Of a stretch of DNA of 64,000 bases, positions 26,801-38,290 are shown one piece after another. Each line of letters starts with the position of its first letter. Position 1 is the first letter of the stretch. The notes below the pieces were generated by a model. That model worked only from the letters and a program-made list of their open reading frames with translations, was not told the DNA's origin and did not search any database. Position numbers and translations under genes: made by a program. Origin of the DNA: Mobula hypostoma (taxonomy: Eukaryota); contig NC_086107.1 in the NCBI RefSeq assembly GCF_963921235.1, forward strand, positions 99,388,001 to 99,452,000. The letters run 5' to 3'.

Positions 26801-29800
26801 AGAAGCTGACTATAAACATTACACCCAATGATCCCATCCTCCCTTCCTCCCTCCACTGCCTGTAGCTGTAGTGTGACACATTTACATAGATGTTGCCATT
26901 ACAAGTTTGGAGCAGGGTTTTTTCCCCTCTGAACATTGGGTGTTTGATGGTCATTTTTTTATGGGTTTGTTTTGGTTTCTTTGTTTTGTAGCTGCCTGTT
27001 AGGAGACAAATCTCAAGGTTGTATAATGTATACATACTTTGAACTTTAAACAGACCTAAGATTTTTAATGTACAGGATTATGTTGGCAGCAGTGATTCTG
27101 GTTTGGATTTTACTGCCGTAATGACTGTAAAAATAAGAAAAAAACATGGTTTTCTCTTGCCTATGAGAGTATGTACCTTTTAATGCAGCCTCTGTGCCAG
27201 GTTCATGTGACACCGTTTCGTGCCCAACAGCTGTGACCCCTGGTGCTGACTCTGCACCTATAGCAAAGGGTTCCTGGTAACTTGACGCTGGGCTGTCACA
27301 TTTGATGTGGGATTCAGCAAGAGCAGTAATACCTCCTCCCACGGTTAATTTCTGAACCGTTGCACTGCAGCATCAGTCAGCTCTGCTTTTGTTCAGGGTC
27401 AATGTGGCAAAGGTTTCATTCTCTTGGCATTTCCAGGTGCGTTTGTGGATGTCATTGCGAGGTGTGAGGTGTCCCGGGTGCTGCTGCTGATGCTGCTCCA
27501 GGTGAGTGCAGCGGGCCGCAATAAACATCACCTCTCCCCCCGCCCCCCACTGACGGCCATGCTCCCACCGTGCAGTCTGCGGCTGGCACATTCCAGCTCC
27601 ACGGTACAGCAAGAATCTTCACCACGGCCTGATTTCCCCTCACATACTGACGGCCACGCTCCCACTGTGCAGTCTGTGGCTGACACTCTCCAGCTCCACG
27701 GTACAGTGAAAATCTTTACCATGGCCTGATCACCCCTCGATAGTACCACACCACAATCTTCCCCCCACCGCCCCACACCCCATCTTCACCCTTTGATCCT
27801 GTCGCACTCTCCTTATTTCATCCTGTAACTTGGGCCTTCAATCTTAACCCTGTCCCGTCTGCCAGATCCACTCTGAGAACCTCATTGCCACTTTGATCTT
27901 CTCTTCCTACACGTATAAACCCTAGTTAAATACAAAACCATTGTCTCTAATAAACCACGGTATCATAGTGGTTAGCTATTTCAGCTTGGGGCATTCCAGA
28001 GTTCAGAGTTCAATTCCGCTGCTGTCTGTAGGGATTTTGTACATTCTGCCCGTGACCACGTGGGTTTCCTCCGGGTGCTCCAGTTTCCTCCCACTGTCCA
28101 AAGATGTACTGGTTAGTAGGTTAGCTAATCATTGTAAATTGTCCTGTGATTAGGCTAGGGTTAAATAGGTAGGTTGCTGGGCAGCCAGAAGATCCTGCTG
28201 CACACTGCATCTCTAAAAAGAACTGGAAAAGAAAGATGGGGGAACCAGAGACGACAGATGATGGATTCTGGAGCAACAAACTATCTGCTGGAGGAACTCA
28301 GCAAGTCAGGCAGCATCTATGGAGGGGAATGGATAGTCAATGTTTTAGGCTGAGACCCATCATTTGGACCTAAAGATAGAGGAGGGATAAGCAGTGTAAA
28401 GAGGTGAGTGGTGGGGATAGAGCACCAACTGGCAGGTGATAGGTGGATCTGGGTGAAGGGCGACGGTAGGCAGGTGGGGAAGGGGAAAGTGGAAACAGCG
28501 GCAGAGGTTGGGAGGTGATGGGCAGAGACAACAAAGATAATGAAATCTGACAGGAATCTTTAACATAAAGCAGACCAAACTGCATCTTTGTGAGAGGTGG
28601 GCTGGGAAACCAGATTAATGGTTATAATAAAAACGTTTAATGAAATGTCATAATGTACAAATACGGATTCCCATGAGGATTTAGATCCTGATGGGGAAGT
28701 AGTTCAAGTGAGCCGAATGAAGTGTAAAATATCATATTAAATTAAAGGGGAGAGGACTGGCAGAATTTTGTTCAGTAATGGATAACCAAGAAACTGGTGG
28801 GAAAATAGAACAGGAAGCAAGTGAGAAGAACACACTTATAATGTTGGAGGAACTCAGGGAGGGAAGTAAGCAGTTGATGTTTCAGGCTGAGATCCATCAT
28901 TGGGACTAAGGAGGACTTTATTGAAAGTAACAGCGATACCTTAGCTCGTAAAATGTCATGGCAAATGTCTTTTACCTTCTTGGGACATGAGAGGTGAGCG
29001 GTTATCATCTCATATTTGTCATAAGATTTGTCCTTTTGCAGTAGCAAAAATTAATACAGTGTGCAAGTCTTATGCACCCTAGATATATATATATATGTGC
29101 CTAAGACTTTTACACAGTACTGTAGTAATTTATGTGTTGGACTGTACTTCTGCCTACAGAAAAATACAGATTTCGTGACATGTGAGTGATGATAAACCTG
29201 GTTCTGATATGGGTCTCTATTGTGGACTGAGAGTGGGAAGGGGGCAAGAAGAGGGGAATCATGGTTGGGAAAAAGAGGAGGGAGTGGGCAGCACCAGAGA
29301 CATTCTGTAATGATCAATAATCCATTTGTTTTGAATCAGATTGTCTGGGTTCTGAAGGCTGGGTGAGTCTGCACCCACACCACCCCCTCCCTGGCACTCC
29401 TTCTCTGCCACCTGTCCCACACCCCTCCTGCGGCGCTCCACCCTCACCGTTTCCAACATCCTGTACTCCTGTCAGATTTACAAACTCACTCTCCACACCA
29501 TATTTACACATGTAGTACTAGGCAAAGGTCTTAGGCACCCAATCTATTTACATGTGGTTAAAACCTTTGCACAGTTCTGTACCGTGGCAGTTATATACAT
29601 GAGGATCTCTGTGCTGGTGGAGGGGTGCTGCTGGGAAAATTAATGGGACCAGAAGTGATGGAACTGCTGGAGTGAACACCTTGCTTCCTTTTCTCAGCCC
29701 CCGCCACAGAAGCTGCTGCCTGAGCACGCTCAGACTCTGGAGAAATACGACTGGGAATCGTTCGACAGCCACAGCCAAGGTACAGGCTGCTTTCCTTACT

Positions 29801-31528
29801 GCACAAACGGAAATAATTTTGCTCATACCAGCTCACAGAACAATCTCACTTTCCCTGCAAAACATTCAGCTAGGTTCTTTCGCTCATCTACGTTTTCAGG
29901 GCGGTTTACAGCAGGCCACTAACCAACCAAGTTCACCCAGTTTAGCCAAGTTTACCCCGTTTGCAGCAGGCCACTAACCGACCAAGTCACACATTTTTGG
30001 ATGTGGGAGGAAACCAGAGCACTTGTGGGGAGCTCGTGAACAGAGAGAGAATGAGCAAATTCCACACAGACCATTCTAGAGGTCAGGATAGAACCAAGAT
30101 TTCTGGAACTGTGAGATAGAAGTATTACCCGCCACACTATAAGATATGGGGGCAGAATTCCATCATGGCTGAGTTTTCTTGTCCTCTCAATGGCATTCCC
30201 CTGTAACCTTTGACATCTTTACTAATGAAGAACCAATCAGTCTCTGGCATTAAATATACCTGATGACTTGGCCTTCACAGCTGTCTGTGACAATGAATTC
30301 CACAGATTCTGTGTTCTTCTGGCTAAAGAAATTCCTCCTCATCTCTGTTCTAAAGGAACATCCTGGTATTCTGAGGCTGTGCCCACTATTGGAAACATCT
30401 TCTCCACATTCACTCTATCTAGGCCTTTCAATATTCGATGGATTTCAGTAAGATACATCTCATTCTTCAGAACTCCAGTAAATACAGGCCCAGAGACATT
30501 AAGCACTCCTTACATGTTGACCCTTCCAACCCAGGGATATTTCTATGTTCTATCATTCTCATGAACCACCTCCAGACATTTTCCAACGCCAGCACATCCT
30601 TTCTTAGATATGGGGCCAAAAACTGCTCTCAATACTTCAAATGTGGTCTGACCAATGCCTTATAAACCCTCAGCCTTGCATTCTTGCTTTTATATTCTAG
30701 TCCTCTTGAAATGAATGCCAACATAACATTTGCTTTGCTTACTACTGACCCAACTTGCAAATTAACCTCGAGGTCAGGGGTTCCCAACCTGTGGTCCATG
30801 ACCCCTCAGTTAATGGTAGGGGTCCATGACCCCTCAGTTAATGGTAGGGGTCAATGGCTTTTAAAAGGTTGGGAGCCCCTGCACCAGGACACATGGGCCT
30901 GCCGTTGCCTGTTTCCCTTCCCCATGGTTGCCTCCTGGTCTTCACCCTTTTCCCCGCCTTTCTCAGTCTACGGGTGTTGCTGATTAACCTGCTCTTTGCT
31001 TCCAGTGAACAACCTCCCCGAGAACGTGTTTCTGCTGCTGCAGTCGGTGGTGGTGAGTGTGCTATCCTCAATGTGCCGTACTTTGTAAACCGAACCACAT
31101 TAATGGCGGGGAGGCGCTGAAGGGTAATGGTGTGAGACAACATCTGTCGAGAGAGTGAGAGTGGGCAGGGTGGCTCTGCACCACGTGTTGGGGGGGGGGA
31201 CTCTGGTGGAAGTGTGTCGGGGGTGTGGGATGGACGTGGGTTTGAGTATGAGTGGGGCAATGGATGGGTGAAACTGTGTGGTCGTCTGCATGTGAAGTGA
31301 AGTCTGACCAGTTTCTATGTGCGCGTGTGTGTAGGTTTGTACCCACTGCCCTGTTGTGTGCTCCTTCCCACAGATGGCGTGCCAGGAGAAGGACCTGGAA
31401 TCACTGAAGGTTCTTCAGGTGGAGCTTTGGTGAGGATTGAGCAGTCTGTCTCTCCCGGCCGTCACCCTCAATACCTCCCCACCCCCACCCCCCCACAGAT
31501 GCGCGCGCGGCACGCATACGCACGCACG

Positions 31529-31567
<39 letters not shown>

Positions 31568-33050
31568 CACAGCAAGGAATGGTCACCTGTCCCACTGAGC
31601 ATTTAACACTGGCTGCTGTGATAGATCAGTCTACAGTGGTTTTCTCAGCAGCTGGAGGAGCAGCACCCAGTACTGAACCTCCAGAGTCCCCGGTCTGTGC
31701 AGCTGAGCTCACAGTTTAAACCCATCTGTTGGGATGGGGGAGCTGGAAGCAGAAGTCTTTAAAACATCAGGCAGTCCAGGAAGCTATTTCCTTACTTAAG
31801 GGTATTAGAAGTGTTGGAACTCTTTCCCTCAAACCTCTGAAAACCATGGAAACTGGAGAGTCTTTCCCTCAGACCTCTGAAGACCATGGAAACTGGAGAG
31901 TCTTTCCCTCAGACCTCTGAAGACCATGGAAACTGGAGAGTCTTTCCCTCAGACCTCTGAAGACCATGGAAACTGGACAGTCTTTCCCTCAGACCTCTGA
32001 AGACCGTGGAAACTGGAGAGTTTCTCCCCCAGACCTCTGAGTCTCAGCTGAAGAGTTCCAGAATGAAATTTCTCATCTGAATTGTAAAGGGTCCAGTGAC
32101 CACACTGGCCACTCTCTGATGGGGAGGTTGAACAGGCTTGAGGGGCTGAAGCCTTTTATTCAGAAATTGACATCTGACCTCTCCTGTCGCATAGGGTGAC
32201 AGTGTGGCGCAGCTGGTAGAGCTGATCCCTCATAGCCCCAGAGACCCGGGTTCAATCCTGACCTCTGCCACTGTCTGCGTGAAGTTTGCGTGTTCTCCCT
32301 GAGACCACAGGGGTTTCCCCTGGTTGCTCCATTTTCCACCCTGGATTAAATGGGAGGCGTAATTGAGTATAAATTTGTGAGGGAGCCAGATACATGGGCA
32401 GGACCTACTTCCCTCAACAGAGGGGTCAGAAATCAGAGAGGGAGGGTGCAGAGATTTAAAGGAAGTGATAGAAGTTCTGGAATGTTTTCGCACATTGGTG
32501 ATGAGGTAAAACCCCTTGGCACATTAAACCATTTGTGGGTGTGGACCTGAAGAGACAGGTTCTTCAGGGCTATGGACCCAGTGCTGCGATGTGGGACCAA
32601 CCCAATGGCTGACTGGTCTCATTCTGAGTGGTACATGTGGTAATTCCTGGAGGATTGCGGGGGTTAGTTCTCATTCCTCCCACAGAAGGAGATTGAGAAT
32701 ACCCCTAGAAAATGGGACATTTATAGCATAGGGTGTCAGTGCTGTCCCATGCTGGGGCAGGTTCTTAACTGGGATGTGTGTGGACAGAGTTCAGTGATGG
32801 GACGGGGTTGGTAGAAGACCCTGCCTGCTGACCGTGGGGGTGCGGGGGCAGGTTTCCTTTGGGGGAAGGGCTTCTTTTCTGGTGAAGAGCTCACTGGGGT
32901 GGGGGTAGGGGTCAGGGGATGCTCCAGATGTACAGTGGAAAGATGTTAACTTTGCCGTCTTCCTCCAGGCCGCTGCTGACCCCGGAACAGAACCACCTGC
33001 TGCACCTGGTCCTACAGGAGATGGTAGCTCCATCCGGCCGAGGCATCTGA
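14529..33050 (+). CDS. F8A1: HAP40 / factor VIII intron 22 protein (huntingtin-associated protein 40), 12 coding exons, 317 aa
   Basis: Exons 14529-14587, 18309-18355, 19628-19700, 21247-21406, 22584-22652, 26369-26489, 26594-26686, 27437-27501, 29698-29779, 31006-31052, 31374-31429, 32969-33050. All introns are GT-AG with compatible phases; total 954 nt. Protein [75 protein letters not shown]...[27 protein letters not shown]...[29 protein letters not shown] matches the HAP40 family as I recognise it. Confidence 0.96.
14943..16045 (-). mobile_element. L2-type LINE 3' part (RT) in HAP40 intron 1
   Basis: [40 protein letters not shown]. Confidence 0.9.
17320..18220. mobile_element. Penelope-like terminal fragments in inverted arrangement
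   Basis: 17360-17850 (-) followed by an inverted partial copy at 17850-18090. Confidence 0.65.
18309..18355 (+). CDS. F8A1: HAP40 exon 2 ([16 protein letters not shown])
   Basis: ttttacag| ... G|gtaagt. Confidence 0.95.
18795..19360 (-). mobile_element. RTE-related non-autonomous element
   Basis: Same family as 63275-63700 (shared ttttccttctccta..gagctgccaa motif). Confidence 0.55.
19628..19700 (+). CDS. F8A1: HAP40 exon 3 ([24 protein letters not shown])
   Basis: ttgcag| ... CG|gtagga. Confidence 0.95.
21247..21406 (+). CDS. F8A1: HAP40 exon 4 ([16 protein letters not shown]...NCYSFAIK)
   Basis: catcag| ... AAG|gtgaga. Confidence 0.95.
22330..22580 (+). repeat. About 250-bp pure polypyrimidine (CT-rich) tract
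   Basis: Directly seen; abuts the exon 5 acceptor. Confidence 0.95.
22584..22652 (+). CDS. F8A1: HAP40 exon 5 ([23 protein letters not shown])
   Basis: tttcag| ... AAG|gtaagt. Confidence 0.95.
24497..25002 (-). mobile_element. Putative solo LTR
   Basis: tgttaca ... cgttaca termini (TG..CA with short inverted ends), about 500 bp; no clear TSD. Confidence 0.4.
26369..26489 (+). CDS. F8A1: HAP40 exon 6 ([19 protein letters not shown]...SCKIIT)
   Basis: ctaaag| ... C|gtgagt. Confidence 0.94.
26594..26686 (+). CDS. F8A1: HAP40 exon 7 ([14 protein letters not shown]...NAPV)
   Basis: tcacag| ... G|gtgagt. Confidence 0.95.
27437..27501 (+). CDS. F8A1: HAP40 exon 8 ([22 protein letters not shown])
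   Basis: ttccag| ... CAG|gtgagt. Confidence 0.95.
29055..29581 (+). mobile_element. Composite Tc1/mariner-type non-autonomous element with hairpin units at both ends
   Basis: TA-cagt(ac)tgtgcaa..gtctta / taagactttt.cacagtactg-TA units; second copy at 62068-62530. Confidence 0.7.
29698..29779 (+). CDS. F8A1: HAP40 exon 9 ([27 protein letters not shown])
   Basis: ttctcag| ... G|gtacag. Confidence 0.95.
31006..31052 (+). CDS. F8A1: HAP40 exon 10 ([16 protein letters not shown])
   Basis: ttccag| ... GTG|gtgagt. Confidence 0.94.
31374..31429 (+). CDS. F8A1: HAP40 exon 11 ([18 protein letters not shown])
   Basis: ccacag| ... TG|gtgagg. Confidence 0.94.
31811..32040 (+). repeat. 40-bp minisatellite, about 5.7 copies (HAP40 intron 11)
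   Basis: Unit tctttccctcagacctctgaagaccatggaaactggagag. Confidence 0.95.
32200..32350 (+). mobile_element. tRNA-derived SINE (V-SINE/HE1-like)
   Basis: A box gtggcgcagctgg, B box gggttcaatcc; related copies at about 27955-28215, 29990-30135, 39570-39690 and 60490-60610. Confidence 0.7.
32969..33050 (+). CDS. F8A1: HAP40 exon 12 ([27 protein letters not shown])
   Basis: ctccag| ... TGA at 33048-33050. Confidence 0.95.
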
Positions 33051-33670
33051 TCCCCTCTGCCCTTACACTGCGTAGACTCAAAAACTTATCCTGTCCCGTT
33101 TCCGACTGCTGCTCAGGAACATTCCCGCCCCGGTCCTGGGCTGCAGAAAAAACTTATTATTAATTGTGGAGGTGACATTGGTTCCCCTTAGTTGATGTGA
33201 ACCTTCTTCACTTCTGTGGTGGAGCAGTAACTCTCACACCGTTAAAGAAGTATCTGGATATACACTTGAATCATCAAGGCATAGGGAGCCATAGACTGGG
33301 CTAGTTTTGGTGGGTACTTGACTGATAGCATGAACGTGGTGGGTCTGAGATTTGTGACTTTTAGATGTTAAACCGAGCCACTTTCTGGCCGCCTGAGTGG
33401 ATGTGGAAGGTGTGTGTGCAGTGGAATTCAGGGGAGAGGACGGTATCTTAGTGTGGCAACAGACGAACATCACTCAGCAGCAGGTGATCTGCTGTTGCGT
33501 TGGTCCCTGAAATACAGTGAAGAAGGACTGGGTGAAAGGAAGTGCCCAGTCTGTGATGGCCTGTGCGGCGTTTACCACTTCCAGTAGTTTTCACTTCATG
33601 CAGCCACACCCCTTCCCTGTGCTGTAGATACTAGCCTGGCCAACGTCACCCTCCCTAGGAGGACAAATTA

Positions 33671-33676
33671 AATAAA
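33671..33676 (+). terminator. Candidate polyadenylation signal of HAP40
   Basis: AATAAA about 620 nt after the stop, followed by GT-rich sequence. Confidence 0.55.
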
Positions 33677-34166
33677 GGCTGGTTTTAATCATTGGAGATC
33701 AAGGCTCAGGGAGGGATTGCTGCTCCGGGAGGAAGGATTAGAATCTAATCAAAGACCTGGGATTAAACTCCCCGGGCAGCGCACCAGACCGATCAGTCAT
33801 TGTGGAGCTGCCAGAGGCGCGGGAGACAGATCGGGACATCCGGAGCACTGATCGTGAGTTAACCGCCTTTCACACCTCTAATCGTCTGCGGTGTCCACAG
33901 CAATGTTTCAGCACCTTTCCCTTCCTAAGGCCACTCCTGCCACTCGATCCACACTTCCCATTGCCTTGGGGAGGCAGCCACCATAATCAAGGACCCCTCC
34001 CATTCCACTCTTACCCTGACAGCACCTACCACCAGGCTCAAGGACAGCTTCTAGCCGAGCTGTTGTAAGAGTCTTGTACAATCCTCTCATATAGAAAAAG
34101 AAAAACTTTTGGTCTCCCAACCTATCTGGTCATGGTGCCTGCATTTTACTTGTCTATCTGCACTGC

Positions 34167-34246
34167 GCTTTCTCTGTAACTACCACACAACACCCTGCTT
34201 TCTCTGTAACTACCACACAACACCCTGCTTTCTCTGTAACTACCAC
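34167..34246 (+). repeat. 30-bp tandem repeat, about 2.7 copies
   Basis: gctttctctgtaactaccacacaacaccct. Confidence 0.9.
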
Positions 34247-34854
34247 TGTGATGTACTTACGTATGGAATGACCTGTAAGGTTGGCATACAAAATGGCAGC
34301 ATTTCCCTGCATTCTGGTACGTGTGACAGTAATAAACCAATGCAAATCTCCCGATTAGTCTGGGGGGGCCCTCTGTGTAAACCACTCCTTTCAACAATAA
34401 CTGCCCTCCTTCCTCTGTACCCCCATCCTCTTCAACCACTTGTGAGTGAGAGGGTCGTTCCTGTCCTTGCTTCCCCATCCACCAGCCCAAGTCTGCTGGG
34501 TGTGTGGTGGCTCCCTGTCCCTGCTTGCGTCTGGGAACTCTTGCTACTGTTGACAGAAGGTGTGTCAAAAACCTTGGGTCTGAGCATCAGGCCCACACAG
34601 AAGCCTAGTGTGAAGTGTGGAGGGAGTGCACTGCCCACCTCATCTCTGGCAGAGCCATATCAGCCTCATCAACCACCTTGGAGCCCACAGACTGGAGGGG
34701 AGGCAAGTCATCGCCCATCCCGAAGGGTCTGCCATTGGAGGGGATGATCAGCAGAGTCCATGGCACAGGAACAGGCCCTCCGGACAACATGTCCATGCTA
34801 ACCATTGCCTTCCTAAGGTACATTTGCTCATGTTTGGTTCATGTCCCTCTAAAC

Positions 34855-35309
34855 CAGGGGTTTATGCCATAGATCCCTTTGGCAGTCCAGTGAAGCCTAT
34901 TCTCAGAATAATGTATTTAAATATATAACATAAAATACACAGGATTACAAAAGAGACCAATTGTATTGAAATAGAGTTATCAAATATTAAAAAGACAAAT
35001 TTGTGATATGTGCTTCTTTATTAATGCATTAAGTAACAAGAGTATACATTTAAAATATAGGCAAGTTAAAACTAAATTTTATTTTTTAAAGACACACCAG
35101 TGTGAAGGCTGTTGTTGCTTAGCTTGAATAAGAACATCATGTCATAGTATGTGCTGCTAATTCTTCTGTGATTTGTTGCCTACATTCATAATTGAAAGAA
35201 ATGCTAAATTTCAGTTAGAGGTTAGTGAAAATAAAGGTGTTAATTTTTTCCCCTCCAAGTTCACAGATGCCCTTGAATCCATCTGTGGGCTACAGGTTAA
35301 AAGTCCCTG
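34855..35309. mobile_element. hAT-Charlie-type non-autonomous DNA transposon
   Basis: caggg...ccctg termini with perfect 8-bp TSD ctctaaac (34847-34854, 35310-35317). Confidence 0.88.
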
Positions 35310-38290
35310 CTCTAAACTTTCCTATCCATGTACCCATCCAAATATCTTAAAAACTGGGATTGTATCAGTCTCTGCCAGTTCCTCTGGCAGCTCATTCCAC
35401 TTACCCAGCACCCTGTGTGTGGAAAAACTTGCCCCTCTGGTCCTGATTAAAGAGTTCCCCTCACACCTCAATCCAATGCCCTCTATGGTATTTTGGTATT
35501 TGTTTATTATCATGCAAGACCATAATACACAGGAGCAGAATTAAGCCATTTGGCCCATCGAGTCTGCTCTGCCATTTCATCATGGCTGATCCATTTTCCC
35601 TCTCAATCCCAATTTCCTGCTTTGTCCTGTATCCCTTCATGCCCTGACTATCAACCTCTGCCTTAAATATACCCAATGATTTGGCCTGCACAGCTAGTTC
35701 CACAGATTCACCACTCTCTGGCTAAAGAAATTCCTCTTCATCTCTGTTCTAAAAGGAAATCCCTCGGTTCTGGGGCTGGTCCTCTGGTCTTGGACTCCCC
35801 CACCATAGGAAACATCTTTTCCATATCCATTCTACCAAGGCCTTTCGTCATGTAAGGTGTACAGTGAAAAGTTTGTCTTGTGACTGTTTATACAGATCAA
35901 ATCATTACACAGTGCACTGAGGGTTAATTGGTCACGGGTGTAATTAGGTGGTGTAGGCTCTTTGGAGTAGAAGGACCTGTTACCTTGCTGTGTCTCAATA
36001 TATAAAAAATAAATAACAATACAGTATAAAAGCTACTGAGAAACAACAGTGCTAGTAAACGATAAAATGCAAGATCATAATGAGATAGATTGTGAGGCCA
36101 AAAGCCCATCCATCCCGTACGAGAGATCTGTTCAAGAATCTGATACGTGCCTGGTGATGCGTGTTTTCAGACTACCCCATGGGAGGGAGGAAAAGATAAA
36201 CTCTGCAAGGTGGGTGAGTACGCTGGCTGCTTTACAGGCAGCAAGAAGTATAAAGAAGATCAAGATTCACTTTAACTGTGCCCTTCACATTCTTATAAAA
36301 CTCAACAAGATCACCCCTTAGCCTCCTGTGCTCCAGGGCAAAAAAAAATGTGGCCTATCCAGCTTCTTGTACCTCAAGCCTTCCAGGCCCAGTATCATCC
36401 TCACAAATCTTTTCAGCACCTTTTCCCTCCTTCCTGTAGCTGAGCAACGGCACTGCACACAATAATAATCACGAGATTCCTCAGTCGCGGAAATCCACAG
36501 CAACACACTGGAGGAACTCAGCAAGTCAAAGCACCATCTATAGAGGAATAAATGAGTCCTGATGAGGTGTCTAGACTCAAACGTTGATAGATGTTGTCCT
36601 AGATGCTGCCTGACCTGCTGCATTCCTCCAGAAATTCTTGTGTGTAGAACTACACACAACATGGTTTGGACTCCACATACTAGTCCTACCTCTGCCACAA
36701 AAAAAAATCAACCAGTGGAGTTGTCTCTGGTTTGGCCCCACCCTCTATAATCCCCAACCCTCCAGTAAAGCATGTAAGTAGCTTCCTCTTCCCAGTCAGT
36801 AACTGACTGCCTGTTCACGGTCATTGTAGGGAGCACCAGGTTGTCAGAGAGAATCTCTGACAGGAGGCAGAGTGGGATTAGGGAACATGTGATACCTCCT
36901 GGAACCTGGAGTGGGCACAGGCTAGAGGGATGCAAGGGCAAGCGAGGAAGCATCAAATGACCATACCAAATTCATTGAAGAGCTAAGTTTCCAGCAACTG
37001 TCCAAGCCTTACAACTCATCACCCTATCACTCATCAGTCAAGGGAGGGTGAGAGTACTGACTGAAAATTCTCAAGTTCAGTATGAATTGTAGAACTGTTA
37101 TTGGAAAGTACCAGGGAATGAGGAACTGTTCAGTGGGGATGTCAGGTTGGGATTTTTATGTCGAGTGAATCCAGCTGACTGTTTCTAGTTATGAAACAAA
37201 CACAGTGGGGTGAGAAAGGGAAGTTCTAAGTGGATGTTCCTTGTGTGCAGTTTGCATGTTCTCCCTGTGACACATCCCAATGACAAATGGGTGGGGCGTG
37301 TTTAATTGGCTCCTCTGAGTTGTTCCTGAGTGGTTGAATCCGGGGAAGTGTGGAGGATAGGATGGGATGAGTGTACATTGGGAGCTCCAGTGAATGATCC
37401 CAACACTGACTCGAGCATCCCCTTCCCCACATGCGGCCCAAGTGAGATTTACTCACCTTACTATCCAGAACTGGCCTTCCTATTGCTTACTGTACCAGAA
37501 CCTCCAACCCCCCCCTCCCCCTTCCATAACCAGTGCCCACTGGACCATCTCCATACCTAATGTTTACTAAGACCTCCCCATAGCCAGTGTTCACTGGAAT
37601 CTCTCCAAGCACCACTAGGACATCACCCTTTCCCACTGGCCATTTTCTTCCTGACCCACTTCCCTCGTACCCCGTTCCCTGTCCCATCCAGATCTGCAGG
37701 AAGCAGGAACATTCTTAGCCATTCATCTGGATTAACCCCTTTACCTCGGGTCTTAGGCAGTGCAACTCCTGGCTTGTGGTCAGATTTCCATCACCATTGT
37801 GTGAGGTTCATTAAGAAAATGCCTCTGAAAAGCCAGGGCCAAAAAGTGGGTAGGGCTGGACTACCATGGGAGAGATATTAAACCAGGCACCTTAGGCAAT
37901 ATCAACTGTCATTCAACATGTCCGCAAAGCTCATTGTCTAGTTATCATCTATTATTCCTAAGACATGACAGAAAGCCAGTCTGTTAAGTCTAAGATTGGT
38001 GGAGTTGTGGACAGTGTCGAAGACTGGCAAAGAATACAGCACAATATAGATCTGTTGCAGATATTGGCAGATGGAGTTTAACCCAGATAAATGTGGGATG
38101 TTGCACCTTGGTAGGGAAAATGCAAGGCGACTGTACACCATTAAGGACAAGATCCTCAACAGTGTTGCTGAGCAGAGAGATGTTGGGATCTAAGTTCATA
38201 GCTCCTTGAAAGTGGCTGCACAGGTTGATTAGGTGGTTAAGAAAGTTTATGGAATACTTGCTTTTATTAGTCGAGGCACTGAATTCAAAA

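Noticed and set aside
31811..32040. CRISPR-like appearance of the 40-bp and 112-bp arrays
   Set aside because: No unique spacers, no cas genes, eukaryotic intronic context
32200..32260. tRNA gene
   Set aside because: The A/B boxes continue into a SINE body, and multiple degenerate copies occur in the window
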